In this document: piece after piece, positions 1-6,093 of the stretch
How positions within the stretch are numbered: the first letter of the stretch is position 1
How the letters are laid out: the number at the start of each line of letters is the position of its first letter
Virus record (IMG/VR): IMGVR_UViG_3300031372_000005
Location: 15,545-79,544 of that record
Strand: one strand, 5' to 3'
DNA length: 64,000 nt
From: a virus
Notes under the pieces: model-generated
What the model saw: the letters and a program-made list of their open reading frames with translations, nothing else
The model's database searches: none
What the model was told of the DNA's origin: nothing
Translations under genes and position numbers: made by a program

Positions 1-82
1 ACAGTAAAGCTTAAGTTCTTATGCATAGATTACTATGGTGTTTGCTGGTTTAGGATTAAAGATAAATAATTTCTATTAACTC

Positions 83-111
83 TTGACTTTCAATTATTAA
101 TTTGATATTCT
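83..111 (+). promoter_or_regulatory. sigma70-like promoter
   Basis: TTGACT-N17-TATTCT upstream of the ORF at 141. Confidence 0.7.
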
Positions 112-140
112 TACTCCATCAACTACAAGAGGCTCTTTAA

Positions 141-326
141 ATGGAAGAGAATCAAAGCTCTCTGTTTGGGAGCCAATTGCAAGAAATCATAGAAGATCAA
201 GAATTTCCAGATGTTGTTATTCTTGAAGAGGGTGGTAAAAGCTTTGTCTGGGAGCGAGCTTTTGAAAGTATCACAGAAAGAGGCAGAACACAGTTTTGGA
301 CTATTCTTTCAGACGATTATGATTAA
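141..326 (+). CDS. hypothetical acidic protein, 61 aa
   Basis: ORF with GAGG RBS downstream of a promoter; no recognisable motif. Confidence 0.6.
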   Translation: MEENQSSLFGSQLQEIIEDQEFPDVVILEEGGKSFVWERAFESITERGRTQFWTILSDDYD

Positions 327-339
327 ATAGTATAAAAGC

Positions 340-369
340 TTGACATAAATCAAATTATGTGTCTATAAT
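340..369 (+). promoter_or_regulatory. near-consensus sigma70 promoter driving the non-coding RNA locus
   Basis: TTGACA (340-345)-N18-TATAAT (364-369); the ORF track shows no ORF until 1592. Confidence 0.8.
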
Positions 370-375
370 AGTATG

Positions 376-1050
376 ACTAAAACAAGAAAGTTTTAGGTTA
401 ATTGCAACACGGATATTACGTTTATACGCGGCGTAATACGTTGACGAGCAGACCAGTGTGTTCAACCACGATGCAGCATTCAAGGGCCGACTACGTGAGC
501 GGTACAAGTTTTGTAGTTCTGCGAAATAAAAAGACTTCTGATCCCTAGTTTTAGGTTGTCTTCCCTACCTGCAACAAGGTTGAGCCGGTGTGCCAATAAA
601 GGGTTTAATTATCTAGTAGGCTCTTGAAGCACTTAAATACAGAAGCTGGCAGACGTGCTGGTAAGTCCTCGGAATTGCAACACTTCTCATAGAAGGGAAG
701 ATTTAGCATTAATGACTATAATGCTGAGTTGTTGTTGAACTTAGGGTATAGTTTACATGGCATACGGGGCAAAAATTAACCAAAACTTCTACGGGAAAAT
801 TTATTGTCCGCACCAAGAGGTTTCTTTGTTCACAAGTCAGAATGCGAACTACCCGTGAGGGTGTTCTGTCTGAAAGCTGATCGCCCTCCGTCAGTGATTA
901 AGATACGTTAGAGTTCTGATAAGCCGTCTTGAAGTAAACAGTCAAAGCTCTCTCCTACTAAAATCTTTGATATGAACTTCATGGTGCAAGACAGGCCACA
1001 GTAACCCGAAATAGTGGGGAATGTCGTCAGCCCGCACAAGCGGGGCATTA
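376..1050 (+). ncRNA. candidate large structured ncRNA (RNA1)
   Basis: Own promoter and no ORF; 15-bp long-range helix 388-403/774-788; many nested hairpins, including a GNRA-capped one (GAACUACCC-GUGA-GGGUGUUC); ends just before tRNA-His. Confidence 0.65.
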
Positions 1051-1055
1051 ATTCA

Positions 1056-1130
1056 GTGGGGCTAGTTCAACGGTAAGAACGTAGGGATGTGACCCCTAAA
1101 ATGAAAGTTCAATTCTTTCGCCTCACCCCA
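1056..1130 (+). tRNA. tRNA-His: tRNA-His (GUG)
   Basis: Cloverleaf: acceptor GTGGGGC/GCCTCAC, D stem GTTC/GAAC, anticodon stem TAGGG/CCCTA with loop ATGTGAC, T stem GAAAG/CTTTC with TTCAATT, C73 and encoded CCA. Confidence 0.93.
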
Positions 1131-1139
1131 AACATATAG

Positions 1140-1446
1140 ACTCACTAACGACACGTTTTAGTAACGTGTGCTAATTTTAGTGATTAGAGTACATGACACA
1201 ATTCTGATAAGAATTCACCACCACAAACTAAGTAAAACCTTCTCCCCAGAAATTGTGGTGTCTCCCCGCCGATCAGTACACGATGTACATTCTCCTCTCG
1301 GCAATTAAAGCGGCTCATCCTCTCCTATGAGTTTTGCTTTGCATTCTTGGTAGCTGCCCTCTCCCGGTTGCCAAGAATGATTTCTAAATAATCTTGTTGT
1401 TTATAAACGATAATGCAAGTGATCTTGTCAGGATTATTTAGAAATT
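1140..1446 (+). ncRNA. structured non-coding segment with repeated UCUCC motifs
   Basis: Consecutive hairpins (1218-1260, 1268-1302, 1314-1331, 1343-1379, 1380-1446); TCTCC at 1241, 1261, 1291, 1321, 1360; G-U pairs favour the + strand. Confidence 0.6.
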
Positions 1447-1465
1447 TATTTCTCATGAATATTTA

Positions 1466-1555
1466 CTTGGTCTCATGGGTTCGTCTATTGGTTAAGACTC
1501 CAACACCATTTACGGTGTATAATTGGAAAAAGTTGGTTCGATTCCAACATCAAGA
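1466..1555 (+). ncRNA. degenerate tRNA-like element with insertions
   Basis: D arm GTC-TATTGGTTAA-GAC, T arm GTTGG-TTCGATT-CCAAC, anticodon stem TCCAA/TTGGA enclosing 19 nt, acceptor-like CTTGGT/ATCAAG, no CCA. Confidence 0.5.
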
Positions 1556-1591
1556 AGTATTCAGCAGAAATAAATTTAGAGGAAATTAGGC

Positions 1592-2002
1592 ATGACAGGT
1601 CTTCCAAAAGATAAGCAAACTAAAAAACAGAAAGAAACTCAGTTCCAAGGCGAGCGCTCAAACCGGAACACGAAGTCAAACTCCAAGGTTCGAATCCAAA
1701 AGTCAAAGCTTCGTGCCACTGCCGAAAAGCTTCGTGAGATTGAAAGCACAGCCCTTGAGAATATCAAGAATAGTGTTGAAGGTAGAGAAGTTGAATCAAA
1801 GCAACTTGATTCTTCAAAGTGGGTTATCAATTCGCTGATTAGTTTAGATCGCGCTGCCTCACAAGAGGAGGCTTCTCTTACTAAGATCCGTCTTGAAGGT
1901 AAACGTTCAGACGATGATGAAGATGAGCAAGAAGTTGCTGAGATTGTAAAACTTGTACCTCGCCTCAAGCTGACATTCGATGAGCCGGAAAATAAGGAAT
2001 AA
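1592..2002 (+). CDS. hypothetical protein, possible terminase small subunit
   Basis: GAGG RBS; basic N-terminus with KETQFQG, reminiscent of TerS N-termini; acidic C-terminus; assignment tentative. Confidence 0.45.
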   Translation: MTGLPKDKQTKKQKETQFQGERSNRNTKSNSKVRIQKSKLRATAEKLREIESTALENIKNSVEGREVESKQLDSSKWVINSLISLDRAASQEEASLTKIRLEGKRSDDDEDEQEVAEIVKLVPRLKLTFDEPENKE

Positions 2003-2005
2003 TAT

Positions 2006-2167
2006 ATGAACCTGATTCTTCTAATCCTTATCCTCCTTTTGCTATTGCCAGCATTGGGCATCTACACAGTCGCTGTAAGCTTTAGCCTCATTGTAAAAAT
2101 ACTATTGATTATCCTTATCGTAGGCTTGATTGCCAACGTTTGGAGCGGTAATCGTCGCTGGTGGTAA
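2006..2167 (+). CDS. small two-helix membrane protein, 53 aa (not in ORF track)
   Basis: AAGGA RBS; MNLILLILILLLLLPALGIYTVAVSFSLIVKILLIILIVGLIANVWSGNRRWW. Confidence 0.75.
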   Translation: MNLILLILILLLLLPALGIYTVAVSFSLIVKILLIILIVGLIANVWSGNRRWW

Positions 2168-2239
2168 TCCTCAGTCTTGAATAATCAAGAGCATTCTGAA
2201 GAATAGCAATTTTATCTAAATTTGTTAAGGTGTGCTCAT

Positions 2240-3514
2240 ATGATATTCAAAGACAAAACTGATTTTACGTCAGAAGCTTTTACTGTAGAAGATAACAAGA
2301 TATTTGTGACAGTAGCTAACAAAGGCGTGGTGTATCTAGAGGTATTAGAGCAAGATGAAGAGTGGCGTTCATTTCCACAAACCACATTGTTAGGGCCAGT
2401 ATCCAAGTACGTTGCTGTTCCTTCTGAAATGTCTCTTCGTGTTAAAATTCCAACGCTTAATACTGTCTCAGCTTACAAGGCTATTGCTGTAGAGGTTGAA
2501 GAAGAGTTACCAGTAGAGCCTCCTGTCGTAGTTCCTCCGGCAGAGCTTAAGCAATCAGGTCCAAGTTTTGGGATGAATTTTGCTTCAGGTACATTCAGTG
2601 ATCATGACGTCACCAAGCTTCCTGGAATCTACAACACTCACTACACTTATCCTAATAAAGATACTTTCTCTCGCTGGAAAGCTCGTGGCGTAAAACACGT
2701 ACGCTTGCCTATTCGTTGGGAACGTATTCAGCGTACTCTCAATGCACCTTTGGATAGCGTGGAAGCTGCCCGCCTTCTTGCCGTATATGACATTGCAGCT
2801 TCATTGGATATGGTGATTGTCTTAGATCTTCATAACTACATGCAACGCGTTGTGAATGGCGTTAAGTATGACATTGGCACAAGCCAGGTTCCACAGATAG
2901 CTTACAACGATCTGTGGGTTCGTCTGGTAGCTCTTATTGGATCACACAAGGCATCATATGGCTACGGCATTATGAATGAGCCTATGGGCACACAAGGAAG
3001 ATGGGCCACTATTGCCCAAAGTGTTGTCAATGCTATCCGTGCAGTAGATCCTAAGACATACATTTTTGTCAATGGTGATCAGTGGGCCACACCTTTAAAT
3101 TGGGTGGCAGCAAATCCAGGCTTTCCGTTGCAAGGTGAAAATCTTGTTTATGAAGCTCACCTATATTTCGATAAGAATGCTGGTGGTGGCTACACAGATA
3201 TCAACGAGCAGATTGATTCTCAAGTAGGTGTTAATCGTCTTACACCATTTGTAAACTGGCTAAAGAAATATGGTCAGAAAGGTGTAGTGGGTGAAGTGGG
3301 TTGGCCTGCAAATAGTCCTACAGCGTTAGTTGCTGCACGCAACACTTTAACATTCGCTGCATCAAACAATGTGCGTGTATTTGGCTGGATGGCTGGCGAT
3401 TGGCTTGATGCAAGCAATATTCTTTCAATTGAAGTGAACGGTGTTGCTCAGGCACAACTTAATGTCTATCAAGAATTTAATAAGAATATGGTGCAACACG
3501 GCCCAAACGCATAA
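2240..3514 (+). CDS. glycoside hydrolase family 5 (endoglucanase/cellulase-like) with N-terminal extension
   Basis: GH5 motifs RLPIRWERIQ, LDLHNY, IMNEP (acid/base Glu), YEAHLYFD, VVGEVGWP (nucleophile Glu). Confidence 0.88.
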   Translation: MIFKDKTDFTSEAFTVEDNKIFVTVANKGVVYLEVLEQDEEWRSFPQTTLLGPVSKYVAVPSEMSLRVKIPTLNTVSAYKAIAVEVEEELPVEPPVVVPPAELKQSGPSFGMNFASGTFSDHDVTKLPGIYNTHYTYPNKDTFSRWKARGVKHVRLPIRWERIQRTLNAPLDSVEAARLLAVYDIAASLDMVIVLDLHNYMQRVVNGVKYDIGTSQVPQIAYNDLWVRLVALIGSHKASYGYGIMNEPMGTQGRWATIAQSVVNAIRAVDPKTYIFVNGDQWATPLNWVAANPGFPLQGENLVYEAHLYFDKNAGGGYTDINEQIDSQVGVNRLTPFVNWLKKYGQKGVVGEVGWPANSPTALVAARNTLTFAASNNVRVFGWMAGDWLDASNILSIEVNGVAQAQLNVYQEFNKNMVQHGPNA

Positions 3515-3528
3515 AGAGAGAGTCCACT

Positions 3529-3846
3529 ATGCAACACAAAAGGGGAGACAGCATTAGCTGGCTAGCACCAATTCCTGAAATATTTGCTGATGGCTATTTC
3601 GTAGGGTATGAAGTTTCATCACAAATTCGAACTGCTCAGTATGGTCAGCTTATTGCAAACCTTATCTGTGAGTGGGTAGATCCTGCCACGACACGAGAAC
3701 TTTTACTTACCTGTCTGGACACTAAAAGCTTTCCTGTCGGTGAAGCTGAAAATGATATTCAGTTTACTCGTATTTCTGATGGCTTTGTTCAAAGCTCAGA
3801 TACTTTACTCATTTCAATTGTAAGAGATGTGACTAAAGATGAGTGA
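3529..3846 (+). CDS. hypothetical protein, probable fibre anchor/adaptor
   Basis: KRGDS N-terminus, beta-rich; stop overlaps the collagen-like gene start. Confidence 0.5.
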   Translation: MQHKRGDSISWLAPIPEIFADGYFVGYEVSSQIRTAQYGQLIANLICEWVDPATTRELLLTCLDTKSFPVGEAENDIQFTRISDGFVQSSDTLLISIVRDVTKDE

Positions 3847-5587
3847 GACAATACCAATCAGTTTTAAAAACACTAACACTCCATTTCCTGCCCCAACTAT
3901 CACGAATTCCATCAAAGGCGAGAAGGGTGATACAGGTCCGATTGGCCCGCAGGGTATTCAGGGGCTAGTTGGTCCTCAAGGCCCTGCCGGTCAAGATGGC
4001 TTACAAGGACCCCAAGGCATTCAGGGCGAGGATGGAGTTCCTGGTACAAATGGGGCAACAGGTCCTCGTGGCGAACAGGGTCCGCAGGGCATTGCTGGTG
4101 AAGTTGGTCCCAAAGGTGAGGATGGTTTACAAGGTCCAATTGGTTTGACTGGATCACAAGGAGTCCAAGGTCCTAAAGGTGATACTGGTCTAACTGGTCC
4201 CAAAGGCGATACTGGAGCACAGGGCATTGCTGGTCCTCAAGGTATTCAAGGACTAACTGGGCCAGCAGGATCTGACGGCGCTGTAGGACCAAAAGGTGAC
4301 ACAGGTGCGCAAGGTCCAATCGGTCTTACAGGTCCTAAAGGAGATACCGGTAATCAGGGCATTCAAGGGTTGCAAGGTGTGCAGGGACCACAGGGAGTTA
4401 AAGGTGATACGGGCGCTACAGGTCCACAGGGTCCTACCGGAGCAGCGGGCAGTTCAGCGCCCAACGGTGCATTGGTTCTCACAGGACCTTACACTTTTAC
4501 TGATGTTGATCACAAAAAGCTTGTCCTAGTAGATTCTGCTAATGCTACAACATTGACATTTCCTCAGACGCTAACAGATGGTTTTAATGTAACTGTTTGG
4601 CAAATTGGTGTTGGTCAAATAGTATTTGAAATTGCTGGTCGTGTTGTACGAAGCAATGCATCGCGTATTGCTACGACCTATGCTGGAGACACAGTTAACG
4701 TTACAGTTACAAGCTCTTCGGTTGTTGCTACAGAATTTGCAACACCTCTTACTACGCAATACCAAAGCAATAGCGCAGCATTATCCTATACAAGCTCAAC
4801 AGCAGCGTCGTGGGCAACTACATTCCCAGCATTGATACTAGAAGCTGGTGGTGTGTATGAGATTGATTACAGAGTAGTATTTCAAACTGACAACACCGCA
4901 GCCTCTGTAAAGCTAAGCTTTCCAAATAATACCGGTTTGAGTAACGTTCAGCTTGATTACAAAATCCAACAAGCTGCCCCAGGTACAGCAGCTTTTAGAA
5001 TTGGATCTTTGTCAGCCAACACTTCAATGAATGCTGCTGGTACAGTTTCTGTTGCTAGCACGCCCTTGCTAGGACATTTGACCGGTAGGATCACTGTAGG
5101 TGCAAACACATTAACATTGGTTCCACAGCTTAGTGGTATTGGAGCTACGGGGACAGTTTCTGTAGCTGTTGGTGCTGCTACAATTATGGTCCGTAAAGTT
5201 TACGGGGCTCCTATGGTGTCTGTAGCCTATGGCCCTGAAAGGGTGATGGGTCTTGACACATCAGCATGGACTAAGACTTCCGGTGTAACTGTTAGCGGAA
5301 CTAAAATTACGGCTGTAAATGGCGGTAATATGATCTTCCGCGAAGGTGTGTTGACAGCAGGTAAAACCTATAAGGTTGAACTTGACATGACATTTACTTC
5401 AGGTGCAGAGGTCAGACTTATTACCACAAGTCCAGGCTCTGATGAGACAGGCCGTATCCGTTGGGCTGTTGTCAACGGTCACTTGACAGGCACATTCGTT
5501 GCTACGGGCACGTGGCTAGGTCTGGAAGCACGTAACGCTACATTCTCTGGTACAATTGATAATTGGACTGTGAAAGAAGTGCTCTGA
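3839..5587 (+). CDS. collagen-like fibre protein
   Basis: About 60 consecutive Gly-X-Y triplets (GPQGIQG, GPKGDTG) followed by beta-rich domains. Confidence 0.85.
   Translation: MSETIPISFKNTNTPFPAPTITNSIKGEKGDTGPIGPQGIQGLVGPQGPAGQDGLQGPQGIQGEDGVPGTNGATGPRGEQGPQGIAGEVGPKGEDGLQGPIGLTGSQGVQGPKGDTGLTGPKGDTGAQGIAGPQGIQGLTGPAGSDGAVGPKGDTGAQGPIGLTGPKGDTGNQGIQGLQGVQGPQGVKGDTGATGPQGPTGAAGSSAPNGALVLTGPYTFTDVDHKKLVLVDSANATTLTFPQTLTDGFNVTVWQIGVGQIVFEIAGRVVRSNASRIATTYAGDTVNVTVTSSSVVATEFATPLTTQYQSNSAALSYTSSTAASWATTFPALILEAGGVYEIDYRVVFQTDNTAASVKLSFPNNTGLSNVQLDYKIQQAAPGTAAFRIGSLSANTSMNAAGTVSVASTPLLGHLTGRITVGANTLTLVPQLSGIGATGTVSVAVGAATIMVRKVYGAPMVSVAYGPERVMGLDTSAWTKTSGVTVSGTKITAVNGGNMIFREGVLTAGKTYKVELDMTFTSGAEVRLITTSPGSDETGRIRWAVVNGHLTGTFVATGTWLGLEARNATFSGTIDNWTVKEVL
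3925..4452 (+). repeat. Gly-X-Y coding repeat
   Basis: GGN at every third codon. Confidence 0.9.
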
Positions 5588-5792
5588 TATTATGTTAGAG
5601 AAAAGAATCAAGCTAGCGCTTGGTATTGGGACTTTGCCTAGTTCCTTGGAGGGAACAGTAAACCAACTACTGTAAACCCTCCCCTAATTTTAAACAGATA
5701 GAGGCTGTTGATCCTTAAGCCGTATTTGTCTGTTACGGCTATAAATACCTCTGAAAAGACGCCTTATAATAAATATAAAAAGAGGTGTTAGC

Positions 5793-6083
5793 GTGGCTGA
5801 TACAATTCCCGATTTAACTTTGGTTAGTGGTGTTTGGCTGGATGTTTATACGGCTTCCGGCATTGCCCCACAAAGTGATCTTATAATTAAGAATAAAAGC
5901 AGTAATGCTATTTATATTCAAGTAAGAGCAAGTACACCAACATCTGCATCGATTGATGGATGGCAACTAAACGGTATTGGTACTGCTGCTGGTGGTGAGT
6001 GGACCACAATTACAAAAGTACCTGCTGGCTCAAGAGTTTGGGCTAAAGGTAATGGTAAACTGTTTGTTCAACTTTTTGATTGA
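5793..6083 (+). CDS. hypothetical virion-associated protein
   Basis: GAGG RBS, GTG start, beta-rich, lies between fibre genes. Confidence 0.6.
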   Translation: MADTIPDLTLVSGVWLDVYTASGIAPQSDLIIKNKSSNAIYIQVRASTPTSASIDGWQLNGIGTAAGGEWTTITKVPAGSRVWAKGNGKLFVQLFD

Positions 6084-6093
6084 GGGATAACTC

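Noticed and set aside
388-788. RNA1 as a retron msr-msd bounded by a1/a2 repeats
   Set aside because: No reverse transcriptase in the window and the enclosed region is longer than typical; an RT elsewhere in the genome cannot be excluded.
376-790. RNA1 as a group I intron (GACTA at 490 and TATAGTT at 747 resemble P7 elements)
   Set aside because: GACTAC pairs locally with GTAGTT (513-518), there are no convincing P3/P4 motifs, and there is no interrupted host gene.
376-1560. tmRNA, RNase P, SRP, hammerhead or HDV/theta ribozyme
   Set aside because: Diagnostic motifs (tmRNA tRNA-like ends, GAGGAAAGUCC, CUGANGA plus GAAA core, G-initiated P1 after CCA) were not found by eye.
1685-1700. GGTTCGAATCC T-loop-like motif
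   Set aside because: Lies within a coding region with no D arm or acceptor stem.
5592-5675. 27-aa ORF after the collagen gene
   Set aside because: No RBS and no recognisable features; too short to support.
5740-5748. T4-type late promoter TATAAATA
   Set aside because: Isolated AT-rich matches, not systematically upstream of late genes, and no gp55-like sigma factor seen.
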